Source: an uncultured Lachnospiraceae bacterium
Lineage (GTDB): Bacteria > Bacillota > Clostridia > Lachnospirales > Lachnospiraceae
Direction of reading: 5' to 3'
Length of the DNA stretch: 64,000 nucleotides
NCBI GenBank assembly: GCA_910586125.1
Contig: CAJUHP010000003.1
Location: 98,552 to 162,551, forward strand
Shown: one piece after another, positions 19,400 to 28,519 of the stretch
Position numbering within the stretch: the stretch's first letter is position 1
Layout of the letters: each line of letters begins with the position of its first letter
Notes under the pieces: generated by a model
What the model saw: the letters and a program-made list of their open reading frames with translations, nothing else
What the model was told of the DNA's origin: nothing
The model's database searches: none
Position numbers and translations under genes: made by a program

Positions 19400-19523
19400 A
19401 AGTCCGCACGCACGGCAGCATTGCTCCCAGAAAGCGGGATGGAAAGAAGGTTTTGCGGGAGAAGACAGGAATAGGGTGAAAAAGCCGCGGCGGACAGAAA
19501 CAAAAATAAAACAAAAAAAATCC

Positions 19524-19552
19524 TTTACAAATTGTGGAATTCGAGTTATAGT
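19524..19552 (+). promoter_or_regulatory. promoter (TTTACA-17-TATAGT) of the ABC-exporter leader
   Basis: Hexamers at 19524-19529 and 19547-19552. Confidence 0.6.
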
Positions 19553-19600
19553 ATGACTGTGATGAGCAATTCATAAATAAAGAAAGAAGGAGGCAGAACG

Positions 19601-19675
19601 ATGTCTATGAGAGCACGAATCACAAACGAGAACGATCAAACGACATGGACAGTCTGCCTTGAAATCCGCTTTTGA
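19601..19675 (+). CDS. 24-codon leader peptide candidate (MSMRARITNENDQTTWTVCLEIRF)
   Basis: Strong SD AAGGAGG (19587-19593) 7 nt before the ATG. Lies between the promoter and two terminator-like hairpins. Confidence 0.4.
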   Translation: MSMRARITNENDQTTWTVCLEIRF

Positions 19676-19697
19676 TTGACGTAATGTTATGAAAGGG

Positions 19698-19735
19698 ATA
19701 CCGCAGTCTGTCAGACTGCGGTATTCTTGTGCTTT
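19698..19735 (+). terminator. attenuator hairpin 1
   Basis: An 11-bp stem, ATACCGCAGTC (19698-19708) / GACTGCGGTAT (19714-19724), with a 5-nt loop, followed by TCTTGTGCTTTG. Confidence 0.5.
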
Positions 19736-19759
19736 GATACAGGGCGTATTTTATGCGAA

Positions 19760-19793
19760 GCTCTGGCCGGTACAGGAGGCCAGGGCTTTTTTT
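19760..19793 (+). terminator. attenuator hairpin 2 (canonical intrinsic terminator)
   Basis: A 9-bp stem, GCTCTGGCC / GGCCAGGGC (one G-U pair), with a 9-nt loop, followed by T7 (19787-19793). Confidence 0.7.
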
Positions 19794-19862
19794 GCGTTCT
19801 GCAGGGGAGGCAGGGATTTCGAGGCAGGGAGATTTCAGAGAAGGGAGAAAGAAAGAACCAAA

Positions 19863-21599
19863 ATGAAGAGTCTGGGAAAGTATATGGCGAGATACTGGTA
19901 TCTGTATCTGTTCGCTCTAATCTGTCTGGTGGCGGCGATATTAATGGACGCGGCGGCGCCTCAGGTGATCGGGCGCATTATCGACGACGTGATTGTGGGC
20001 GGCGACAGCAGTCTTCTGATCGGTTTGCTGGCCACGCTGTTTTTGCTGGGAAGCGGCCGGGGCGCGCTCAAATATATGCAGGAGCTGGCCAGCGATGTGG
20101 TGGGCGTGCGGATATCCAGAGATATCCGGCGCAGGCTGTTTTGCCACATTGAGAGCATGTCGATGGGGTTTTTTGAGAAGAACAACGCCGGCGAGCTGAT
20201 GGCCAGGGTCAAGGAGGATGTGGAGCGCATCTGGGATGCCGTGGGCTATGTGGGTATTTTGTGCATCGAGGCCATCGTACATACTGTGATTATCATGATC
20301 TGCATGGTGAGGATCAGCCCAATTTTGACGCTGATTCCTCTGTGCATTATGCCGATGGTGGGGTATATCGCTATCCGGCTGGAGAAAGGGTTAGATAAAG
20401 TATACGATGATATCAGCGAGGAGAATGCCAGGCTCAACACCGTGGCGCAGGAGAGTCTGACCGGTGTGCGGACAGTAAAGGCTTTTTCCAGAGAACAGTA
20501 TGAAATTGAAAAGTTCAAAAAGAGCAACGGGCGGTATTATAAACTGAATATGGCTCTGGCGAAAACGCTGGCCAAATACGATCCGAATATCTCGTTTCTG
20601 ACCAAGACGCTTTTGGTTTTGTCGGTTTCGGTGGGCGGTCTTTTTGTGGTGCAGGGGCAGATCAGCCTGGGGCAGCTTGGAACGTTCATCGAGTACGCCA
20701 ATAACATCGTCTGGCCCATGGAGATTCTGGGCTGGGTGGTAAATACGATGGCAGCCGCTGTGACTTCGAATAAAAAGATCAACCGGATTCTGGAAGAAAA
20801 AGCGGCAGTCACCTCCCCCGAAAATCCGGAGATACTCAAGGAAGTGAAGGGTGACTTGGAGTTTTCCCATGTGAGCCTGAAACTGCAGGATCAGAAGATT
20901 CTCGAAGACGTGAGTTTTCATCTGCCGGCCGGAAAGACGCTGGGGATTATGGGTATGACTGGGGCCGGTAAAACCAGCATGGTCAATCTGATTGAGCGTT
21001 TCCATGACGTGACAGAGGGAGAAGTCCGGCTGGACGGCGTGGATGTGCGCCGGCTTGATCTGGGGCAGTTGCGCGGGAGCGCGGCGGTGGTCATGCAGAA
21101 CGTATTTCTCTTCTCCGACACGGTCAGCGAGAATATCCGCATCGGCAGCCGAAGCTGGATGGAGCGCAGCCATATAGAGAAGGCCGCAAGAGCTGCGGAC
21201 GCGCACGGCTTTGTCTCGGCTCTGCCAGAAGAGTATGACACCATAATCGGGGAGAAGGGCGTGGGTCTGTCCGGCGGTCAGAAACAGCGCCTCAGCATTG
21301 CCAGGGCTCTGGCAAAGAAGGCCCCGATCCTGATTCTGGACGACGCCACCTCCGCGTTGGATATGGAGACGGAGCATGCGATTCAACAGCAGCTAAAAGC
21401 CAGAGACAACGTGACAAAACTGATTATCGCGCACCGGATTTCCGCGGTCCGCCATGCAGATGAGATTGTGATTCTGCAGGAAGGGCGGATCGCAGAGCGG
21501 GGTACCCATGAAAGCCTGCTCCAAAAGAAGGGGCTGTATTATGACACCTATGTAGCCCAGTATGAAGAGCCAAAAACCGAAGAGACAGCAGGGAGGTAA
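19863..21599 (+). CDS. ABC transporter permease/ATP-binding protein (type I exporter half, heterodimer partner 1)
   Basis: Six-TM exporter domain plus NBD with Walker A GMTGAGKTS, signature LSGGQKQR and Walker B ILILDDATSALD. ATG 19863 after GGGAG. The ORF-track start at 19689 lies inside the leader. Confidence 0.9.
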   Translation: MKSLGKYMARYWYLYLFALICLVAAILMDAAAPQVIGRIIDDVIVGGDSSLLIGLLATLFLLGSGRGALKYMQELASDVVGVRISRDIRRRLFCHIESMSMGFFEKNNAGELMARVKEDVERIWDAVGYVGILCIEAIVHTVIIMICMVRISPILTLIPLCIMPMVGYIAIRLEKGLDKVYDDISEENARLNTVAQESLTGVRTVKAFSREQYEIEKFKKSNGRYYKLNMALAKTLAKYDPNISFLTKTLLVLSVSVGGLFVVQGQISLGQLGTFIEYANNIVWPMEILGWVVNTMAAAVTSNKKINRILEEKAAVTSPENPEILKEVKGDLEFSHVSLKLQDQKILEDVSFHLPAGKTLGIMGMTGAGKTSMVNLIERFHDVTEGEVRLDGVDVRRLDLGQLRGSAAVVMQNVFLFSDTVSENIRIGSRSWMERSHIEKAARAADAHGFVSALPEEYDTIIGEKGVGLSGGQKQRLSIARALAKKAPILILDDATSALDMETEHAIQQQLKARDNVTKLIIAHRISAVRHADEIVILQEGRIAERGTHESLLQKKGLYYDTYVAQYEEPKTEETAGR

Positions 21600-21601
21600 A
21601 A

Positions 21602-23383
21602 ATGGCAGTCAATTCATATAAACAGGATGAGCTGCAGCGCGACGTTCCCAAACGGGTCACACTGGCGCGCTTGTATCGCTATCTGTTTGCTTACAAAAAA
21701 GAAATATTCGCGGTTTTGTTTATTATGGGAGTGACCGTGGCGGTGGCTCTCCTGAATCCCCTGATCATTGAGCGGGCCGTCAATGTGCATGTGGCGGGCC
21801 GGGATGTGAAGGGTTTGTTAAAGCTGGCGGCAGCGGCGATTGTGCTGAACGGGATCTGGCTGGCCGGCGTCAAGGCCCGCATGGTGATCATGGCCAGAGT
21901 GTCCAATCAGATCGTGCTGAACATTCGGGAGGAACTGTATGTTCATATCCAGTCGCTGGGCCTGCGCTTTTTTGACAGCCGCCCTACCGGCAAGATCCTG
22001 GCAAGAGTGATCGGAGATGTAAATTCTTTGAAAGAGATCATGTCAGACAGCGTGACGACGCTGATTCCCGACGCAGTGACAGTGGCCGCCGTCGTCATAA
22101 TCATGATGTTAAAAAGCCCCTGGCTGGCGCTGTCCGCATTGGGAGCGCTTCCGATCCTGGGCGCGGGCATGTACGTGGTTATGATACGGGGCCATAAGCG
22201 CTGGCAGGCAGTCCGACAGAAGACTTCCAATATCAATGCCTATGTCCATGAAAACTTTTCCGGAATCCGCGTGGTGCAGAGTTTTTCGGCGCAGCAGGAG
22301 TCGCAGGACGCTTTTGAGACGGTGCTGGCGGAGCATCAGAAGGCATTTGTCCGCGCCGTAAGCATGGCGGACGCCCTTGGGCCGGTCATCGAGATCAGCC
22401 GGGGCTTTGGCAGCTTCCTTCTGTACTTTATCGGCATTCGGGCTCTGCATATGGGAAGCGGCGACGTGGGAACCTTTCTGGCCTTTGCCACCTATTTGAA
22501 CATGTTTTGGGTTCCGCTGCGAAACCTGTCAAATATGTACAATCGAATCATCAATAACATTTCCAGCGCAGAGCGGATCTTTGATATTTTGGACACGGAA
22601 CCGGAGCTGGCAGACCGGTCTGACGCCTATGAAATGCCTCCCATAGAAGGAAGGGTAGAATTTGACCATGTGAGCTTTGCCTATCCCGACGAACCGGAGC
22701 GGGAGGTAATCTCCGATATCTGCTTTGATATCAAGCCGGGGGAAACCATCGCGTTAGTCGGGCCGACAGGCGCCGGCAAGACAACGATTATCAACCTGAT
22801 CAGCCGTTTTTACGACGCGGTTTCAGGGGAAGTACGAATCGACGGCCATCCGGTCAAAGCCGTGACGCTGCACAGCCTGCGCAGTCAGATGGGAGTTATG
22901 ACACAGGAAAATTTCCTCTTTTCCGGCACGGTTCGGGAAAACATCAGCTACGGAAAATTAAACGCCACGCAGGAGGAGATCGTCTGGGCGGCGAAGGCCG
23001 TGGGCGCGCATGATTTTATTATGAAGCTGGAGAAGGGATATGACACGCAGCTTCAGGGTGAGAGCAGCCTGTCAGTGGGGCAGAGACAGCTTCTGGCTTT
23101 TGCCAGGACGCTGGTCAGCCAGCCCCAGATTCTGATACTGGACGAGGCGACCTCCAGCATCGACACACATACGGAACAGATGGTGCAGAAGGGAATCGCC
23201 GCGCTTTTAGCCGGGCGGACTTCCTTTGTCATCGCCCATCGCCTGTCAACGATCAAGAAGGCGGACCGGATTTTTGTGGTGGATGAGAAACAGATTCTGG
23301 AAGAAGGGAGCCATGAGGAACTGCTGGCCAAGAAGGGGCACTACTATAATCTGTATCAGGCGCAGTTTAAAAATCTGATGTAA
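21602..23383 (+). CDS. ABC transporter permease/ATP-binding protein (heterodimer partner 2)
   Basis: Walker A GPTGAGKTT, degenerate signature LSVGQRQL, Walker B ILILDEATSSID. Starts 2 nt after the partner's stop. Confidence 0.9.
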   Translation: MAVNSYKQDELQRDVPKRVTLARLYRYLFAYKKEIFAVLFIMGVTVAVALLNPLIIERAVNVHVAGRDVKGLLKLAAAAIVLNGIWLAGVKARMVIMARVSNQIVLNIREELYVHIQSLGLRFFDSRPTGKILARVIGDVNSLKEIMSDSVTTLIPDAVTVAAVVIIMMLKSPWLALSALGALPILGAGMYVVMIRGHKRWQAVRQKTSNINAYVHENFSGIRVVQSFSAQQESQDAFETVLAEHQKAFVRAVSMADALGPVIEISRGFGSFLLYFIGIRALHMGSGDVGTFLAFATYLNMFWVPLRNLSNMYNRIINNISSAERIFDILDTEPELADRSDAYEMPPIEGRVEFDHVSFAYPDEPEREVISDICFDIKPGETIALVGPTGAGKTTIINLISRFYDAVSGEVRIDGHPVKAVTLHSLRSQMGVMTQENFLFSGTVRENISYGKLNATQEEIVWAAKAVGAHDFIMKLEKGYDTQLQGESSLSVGQRQLLAFARTLVSQPQILILDEATSSIDTHTEQMVQKGIAALLAGRTSFVIAHRLSTIKKADRIFVVDEKQILEEGSHEELLAKKGHYYNLYQAQFKNLM

Positions 23384-23396
23384 AGGAAAAGGAAAT

Positions 23397-23870
23397 ATGG
23401 TGAAGCAGATCCTAGAGAAAGAGGAGAAGAGGGAGATATCCCGCCGCATTCTAACAGCTCTGCCGGAATGGTTCGGCATTGAAAAAGCCAGGGAAGCATA
23501 TATTGCGGACAGTGCAAAACAGGTATTTTTTGCGGCACATAAGAGCGGGGAGGCGGTGGGGTTTCTCTGCCTGAAGGAGACGGGGCGGGATACGATGGAA
23601 ATTGCCGTGATGGGGGTGCTGCCCTCCTATCATCGCCAGGGTGTCGGCCGGGAGCTGGTGGAGGCGGCAAAGGAGTACGCATACAGGAAGCAGTATTCTT
23701 TTGTGCAGGTTAAAACAGTTCAGATGGGGCGTTATTCCTGTTATGACGATACCAATCGCTTCTACTTGAGTCAGGGGTTTTTGGAGTTTGAGGTATTTCC
23801 CGCGCTTTGGGATGAATGGAATCCCTGCCAGATTTATATTATGTATCTGGCTCCTCAGAATTTTTCATAG
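23397..23870 (+). CDS. GNAT family N-acetyltransferase
   Basis: Acetyl-CoA motif YHRQGVGRELVEAAKEYA; 157 aa. Confidence 0.75.
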   Translation: MVKQILEKEEKREISRRILTALPEWFGIEKAREAYIADSAKQVFFAAHKSGEAVGFLCLKETGRDTMEIAVMGVLPSYHRQGVGRELVEAAKEYAYRKQYSFVQVKTVQMGRYSCYDDTNRFYLSQGFLEFEVFPALWDEWNPCQIYIMYLAPQNFS

Positions 23871-23940
23871 CACCGGTATCTACCCTTTTTACCAATAAAA
23901 CAAGGAATGCGTTTCAATAAAAAACTTGGAAGACGGAAAA

Positions 23941-25116
23941 ATGGACAAATATAAGAAGACAATCTATGCCTGTTTTATCGGGTACATTGTACAGGCGATC
24001 GTGGTTAATTTTGCGCCTCTGCTCTTTTTGACTTTTCAGGACAGCTACGGAATTCCCCTGTCTCAAATCACCCTGTTGGTGACGGTTAATTTCGGCCTGC
24101 AGTTGCTGGTGGATCTGCTCTCGGTAGGTTTTGTGGATCGAATCGGATACCGGGTTTCCATGGTAATCGCTCATATTTTCGCGGCGCTGGGCCTGGTGTC
24201 GATGGCCGTTCTTCCGGATCGTTTCTCCGATCCGTTTTACGGATTGCTCACGGCAGTCCTCCTGTATGCGGCCGGCGGCGGACTGCTGGAGGTGCTGGTC
24301 AGCCCGGTGGTGGAGGCATGTCCCGCAGAGCATAAGGAGCAGACCATGAGCCTGCTGCACTCCTTTTACTGCTGGGGACAGGTGGGCGTTGTGCTGGTTT
24401 CCACGGTGTTTTTTCAGATTTTCGGCATCGGGCAGTGGAAGATGTTAGCGGTGCTTTGGGCTATGGTTCCCCTGCTGAATGCTTTTTTGTTTGCGAGAGT
24501 ACCCATGGCCTCCCTGCTACAGGAGGGCGAGAGAGGGCTTTCCATAAAAGAGCTGGCAGGGATGAAAATCTTCTGGGTGTTTATGCTTTTGATGATGTGC
24601 GCAGGGGCCAGCGAACAGTCCGTAAGCCAGTGGGCTTCCACGCTTGCCGAGAAAGGTCTGGGCGTTGGCAAGACGGTGGGAGATCTGGCAGGTCCTCTGG
24701 CCTTTGCCGTATGTATGGGCTGTGCCAGAGCTTTTTACGGAAAATATGGCGAGAAGATGGATCTGGACAAATTTATGGCGGGCAGCAGCCTTTTGTGCGT
24801 GGCCTCCTATCTGTGTATCTCCCTGGTGCCGGGAGCGGTGTTTGGACTGGCCGGCTGCGCGGTGTGCGGATTGGCAGTAGGGATCATGTGGCCGGGGACC
24901 ATCAGTAAGGCGGCGGGCATTCTGCCAAAAGGAAGTACGGCTCTGTTTGCTATGATGGCGCTGGCCGGAGATCTGGGCTGCTCTGCCGGGCCTACGGTGG
25001 TGGGCATGGTTTCCGGCGCGTGGGGGGAGGATCTGAAAAAAGGAATTTTGGCGGCGGCGCTGTTTCCGCTGATTTTGTTCTTGGGAATCCGGCGGTGCAG
25101 AAAATGTGCCGACTGA
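23941..25116 (+). CDS. MFS transporter
   Basis: Twelve TM-like segments with an MFS-like loop (VDRIGYR). ATG 23941 is preferred over the TTG at 23926. Confidence 0.8.
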   Translation: MDKYKKTIYACFIGYIVQAIVVNFAPLLFLTFQDSYGIPLSQITLLVTVNFGLQLLVDLLSVGFVDRIGYRVSMVIAHIFAALGLVSMAVLPDRFSDPFYGLLTAVLLYAAGGGLLEVLVSPVVEACPAEHKEQTMSLLHSFYCWGQVGVVLVSTVFFQIFGIGQWKMLAVLWAMVPLLNAFLFARVPMASLLQEGERGLSIKELAGMKIFWVFMLLMMCAGASEQSVSQWASTLAEKGLGVGKTVGDLAGPLAFAVCMGCARAFYGKYGEKMDLDKFMAGSSLLCVASYLCISLVPGAVFGLAGCAVCGLAVGIMWPGTISKAAGILPKGSTALFAMMALAGDLGCSAGPTVVGMVSGAWGEDLKKGILAAALFPLILFLGIRRCRKCAD

Positions 25117-25144
25117 CATTGCCGAAACAAAATTGTATGTTTTC

Positions 25145-25173
25145 TTGACAAGAGCGGTTATATAGAGTATACT
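25145..25173 (+). promoter_or_regulatory. promoter P1 (TTGACA-17-TATACT) with no ORF of its own
   Basis: Hexamers at 25145-25150 and 25168-25173. Confidence 0.55.
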
Positions 25174-25275
25174 GAACACAAGAGGCGGGGGAGCCGCCGG
25201 CCGCCGCGGTTTTATGAAAACGTACATAACGACTTAAAAGCCCAGTCGGTTTTGCAGCTTTAACACAACAACCGG

Positions 25276-25313
25276 AATATCCGCCGGGCCCAGCGCCCAG
25301 GCGGATATTTTAT
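25276..25313 (+). terminator. GC-rich hairpin with a U-rich tail between P1 and P2
   Basis: AATATCCGCC (25276-25285) / GGCGGATATT (25300-25309), with an inner GGGC/GCCC extension, followed by TTAT. Confidence 0.5.
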
Positions 25314-25345
25314 GCCGAAAAATTGTAAAATTTTGCAATATTGGG

Positions 25346-25374
25346 TTGCAATCCTTCCATATGTCTGGTATACT
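25346..25374 (+). promoter_or_regulatory. promoter P2 of the GH20-GH18-transglutaminase operon (TTGCAA-17-TATACT)
   Basis: Hexamers at 25346-25351 and 25369-25374. Preceded by the 18-bp near-palindrome ATTGTAAAATTTTGCAAT (25322-25339). Confidence 0.6.
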
Positions 25375-25526
25375 GCCCGGAGCAGTTGAACAAAAATGAA
25401 ATTTTGTATAGGAACTTCCGCGTTGCCGCGGGCAGGCACAGCGCATGCTCTGGCAGCGTGAAGATAATAACTTCATATGAACAGCCAGTATGTACTGAGC
25501 TGGGAGCCTTGAAAGGAGGTTTGGAA

Positions 25527-27386
25527 ATGATAGTATTGCCAGTGCCGAAAAAGCTGGAAGAGAAAGATGGAACGTTCCGGCTGGGGTTAAACACGGCGAT
25601 TGTGATGGACAGTTCCTGTCCGCAGGGGGCATATGTCTATGCGCAGATGCTGAAGGAGGAGATCTCTGCCTGGGCGGGCCTTTCTCCCCAGATTCTGCGG
25701 GGAGAGCCGCAGGCCGGCGATATCCGTATGCAGGTGGACAGCGAGCTTTTTGATGAACAGTACCGGGTGGAGATCGGAGAAAACAGCGTCATGCTGTGCG
25801 GCGGCTCGCTGACAGCCCTGGGCTATGCGGTGCAGACGCTTCGGCAGATCGTGCGGCAGTACGCCGGACTTCTGCCCCAGGTACATATCAAGGATGAGCC
25901 GGACTTGAAAAACCGCGGTTATTATCATGATCTGACCAGAGGACGGATTCAGACCCTGGATAATCTGAAGAAACTGGCGGATGTGATGGCTTTTTATAAG
26001 CTGAACCAGCTTCAGCTCTATGTGGAGCATACCTATCTGTTCCGGAATATGACGGAGCTGTGGAGAGACGATACGCCCATGACAGCCGAGGAGGTTCTGG
26101 AGCTGGACCAGTACTGCTATGACAGAGGCATTGAACTGGTTCCTTCGCTGTCCACGTTCGGCCATCTGTACAAGCTGTTGAGCACCAAGAGCTATTCGGA
26201 GTACTGCGAGCTGGAGGACAGCGAGGAGACCGGACGGCGCTTCTCGTTCCGCGACCGGATGGATCACCATACGGTGAATGTCTCCCACCCGAACGTGATG
26301 AACTTTATCAAGGGAATGATCAAAGAGTACATGCAGCTCTTTCGGACCGATAAGTTCAATATCTGCGCGGACGAAACCTTTGACCTGGGCAAGGGGCGCA
26401 GCAAAGAGCTGGCCGACGAGAAGGGCCTGGGCAATCTGTATGTAGACTATATCATGGATCTGTTTGAATTCTTGGTGGAGCACGGCAAGAAGCCGATGTT
26501 CTGGGGCGATATCATCTGCAAGCACCCGGAGCTGGTGAAGCGGATTCCGGAGGGAACCGTCTGCTTAAACTGGGGCTACAGCGAGAGTCAGCCGGATACG
26601 GAGACAAGAATCCTGCATGACGGCGGAGCGATTCAGTATCTGTGCCCCGGCGTGCGCGGCTGGAATACCTGGATGAATCTGATGGAGGGCGGTTATCAGA
26701 ATATCCGCCTGATGTGCGGTTATGCCAGAAAATACGACGCGGTGGGCGTGCTGAACACGGACTGGGGCGATTTCGGCCATATCAACCAGCCCATCTTCTC
26801 GATTCCCGGTCTGATCTACGGCGCGGTTTTCTCCTGGGGAGACTGCAAGCTGGATTATGAGGAGCTGAGCCGTCAGATTTCCGTTCTGGAGTTTGGCGAT
26901 ACGTCCGGCCGTCTGGTGGACTATCTGGAACAGGTTTGCCATATGTCAGTCTTTGACTGGTGGCATGCGGTCGTGGTGAAAGAGTGGGCCGAGCGCGGCA
27001 TGGATCGGGAGAAGATCCTGGAGATATTCCATGAGGTAAAGACCGACCGCGTGCCGGAGAAGAACCAGCGCATTGAGGAGCTGGAGGATGAGCTGCGGCG
27101 CGTCAGCCGGAGCCTGGACAGCAAAAACCGCGGGATTGTGGAATGCACCTGCGTGTCTTTGGAGGCCCAGCGCTGCTGGAACGAGGTAGGACTCTATCTG
27201 GCCGGACTGGAAAAAGGAGAGACGCCGGACAATGGCCGGAAGCTGGCGGCAGATCTGGAGCGCTGCCTGTACCATTACCGCCGTCTCTGGAGAGAGAGCA
27301 GCAAGGAAGGCGATCTGCCTCACATTACCAAGGTATTCTGCTGGTACGCAGATCTTCTGCGGGATACATCCAAAAAGAAAGGATAA
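25527..27386 (+). CDS. glycoside hydrolase family 20 (beta-N-acetylhexosaminidase-like), no signal peptide
   Basis: GH20b-like N-domain (IVLPVPKKL...), a TIM-barrel start (RGYYHDLTRG, YKLNQLQLYVEH) and a catalytic D-E pair in NICADETFDLG. SD AAAGGAGG before ATG 25527. Confidence 0.8.
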   Translation: MIVLPVPKKLEEKDGTFRLGLNTAIVMDSSCPQGAYVYAQMLKEEISAWAGLSPQILRGEPQAGDIRMQVDSELFDEQYRVEIGENSVMLCGGSLTALGYAVQTLRQIVRQYAGLLPQVHIKDEPDLKNRGYYHDLTRGRIQTLDNLKKLADVMAFYKLNQLQLYVEHTYLFRNMTELWRDDTPMTAEEVLELDQYCYDRGIELVPSLSTFGHLYKLLSTKSYSEYCELEDSEETGRRFSFRDRMDHHTVNVSHPNVMNFIKGMIKEYMQLFRTDKFNICADETFDLGKGRSKELADEKGLGNLYVDYIMDLFEFLVEHGKKPMFWGDIICKHPELVKRIPEGTVCLNWGYSESQPDTETRILHDGGAIQYLCPGVRGWNTWMNLMEGGYQNIRLMCGYARKYDAVGVLNTDWGDFGHINQPIFSIPGLIYGAVFSWGDCKLDYEELSRQISVLEFGDTSGRLVDYLEQVCHMSVFDWWHAVVVKEWAERGMDREKILEIFHEVKTDRVPEKNQRIEELEDELRRVSRSLDSKNRGIVECTCVSLEAQRCWNEVGLYLAGLEKGETPDNGRKLAADLERCLYHYRRLWRESSKEGDLPHITKVFCWYADLLRDTSKKKG

Positions 27387-27398
27387 GGAAGAGACAAT

Positions 27399-28415
27399 AT
27401 GAAAAACGAGATTATCGGATATGTGGGAAGCGGCGAATTTACCTGTGAGGATGCGAAGAAGCTGACCGGAATCAATCTGGCGTTCGGTGAACTGCACAAC
27501 GACGGCAGCGTGACCTGCAACGGCTGTAAGGAAAAGATTGAGATGATTCCGCAGATCCGTCAGTGGAATGATAAACTGCGCATTGTGCTCTCCATGGTAC
27601 AGGCGGATCGGGATGCGTTTACGGTCTGCTGCGCCACAGAAGAGATGCGGGAGAAGACGGCGGCAGCTCTGGCAGAGACCGCGAAAAAGTACGATCTGGA
27701 CGGCATTGATCTGGACTGGGAATATCCCTGTGTCCCCTCCAACAACAGCGTGGTTTCCCCCGATGACAAGCACAATTTCACCTTGCTCTGCGAAGCCATC
27801 CGCCGTCATCTGAACGCTCTGGAAGGAAAGCGGTATCTGACCATCGCATCCGGCGCGGATGTGTTCTATGTAAACTGTGTGGAGCTGCCAGAGCTGATGG
27901 AATATCTGGATTATATCAATGTGATGACCTATGATCTCAAGTGCGGCTTCCATGCCCTGGCCGGCCATCACACCTCCCTGTTCTCCAAGAATGGAGACGT
28001 CTTTATGAATAGCTGCGCGCAGGCTCTGGAGCTGTTTGCGGCTCACGGCGTCAGCCGGGATCGCCTGCTGATGGGCGCGGCTTTCTACTCCAGAAAGTGG
28101 ACCAATCTGCCGGACAATGAGAATCACGGCCTTCTGGTGCTGTGCCCGACCGGGGGCGGATACGGCCCGGACTACGATATTTTGGTGGACAAATATATCA
28201 ATCAGAACGGCTTTGTGGAGTACTGGGACGAAGAGGCGCAGGCTCCGTACCTGTTCGACGGCTCCACCTTCCTGTCCTATGACAATGCCCGCTCTCTGAA
28301 GGCGAAGGCCGAATACGTCAAGGAAAACGGTTATGGCGGCGTGTTCTACTGGGAGCATAAATGCGATAAGACCAGAGAACTGTTAAACGCTCTCTATGAG
28401 TCTTTTCAAAACTAA
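27399..28415 (+). CDS. glycoside hydrolase family 18 (chitinase / endo-beta-N-acetylglucosaminidase-like), no signal peptide
   Basis: Catalytic DxxDxDxE motif DGIDLDWEYP, and also MTYD and GGVFYWE. Confidence 0.85.
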   Translation: MKNEIIGYVGSGEFTCEDAKKLTGINLAFGELHNDGSVTCNGCKEKIEMIPQIRQWNDKLRIVLSMVQADRDAFTVCCATEEMREKTAAALAETAKKYDLDGIDLDWEYPCVPSNNSVVSPDDKHNFTLLCEAIRRHLNALEGKRYLTIASGADVFYVNCVELPELMEYLDYINVMTYDLKCGFHALAGHHTSLFSKNGDVFMNSCAQALELFAAHGVSRDRLLMGAAFYSRKWTNLPDNENHGLLVLCPTGGGYGPDYDILVDKYINQNGFVEYWDEEAQAPYLFDGSTFLSYDNARSLKAKAEYVKENGYGGVFYWEHKCDKTRELLNALYESFQN

Positions 28416-28519
28416 ACCTTCAGGCGCCCGTCAGTGGACGCACACCAAAAAGGAAAGTACCGGCGGGCGCATTTGGCATCTCAAATCGAATCGCCTTTGG
28501 CGGTAAGAGGGAGGAATCG

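Noticed and set aside
28416-28519. A GCGCCCG...CGGGCGC pairing in the gap between the GH18 and transglutaminase-fold genes, as an internal attenuator.
   Set aside because: It is a 7-bp stem with a loop of about 33 nt and no U-run. It is most likely fortuitous in GC-rich sequence.
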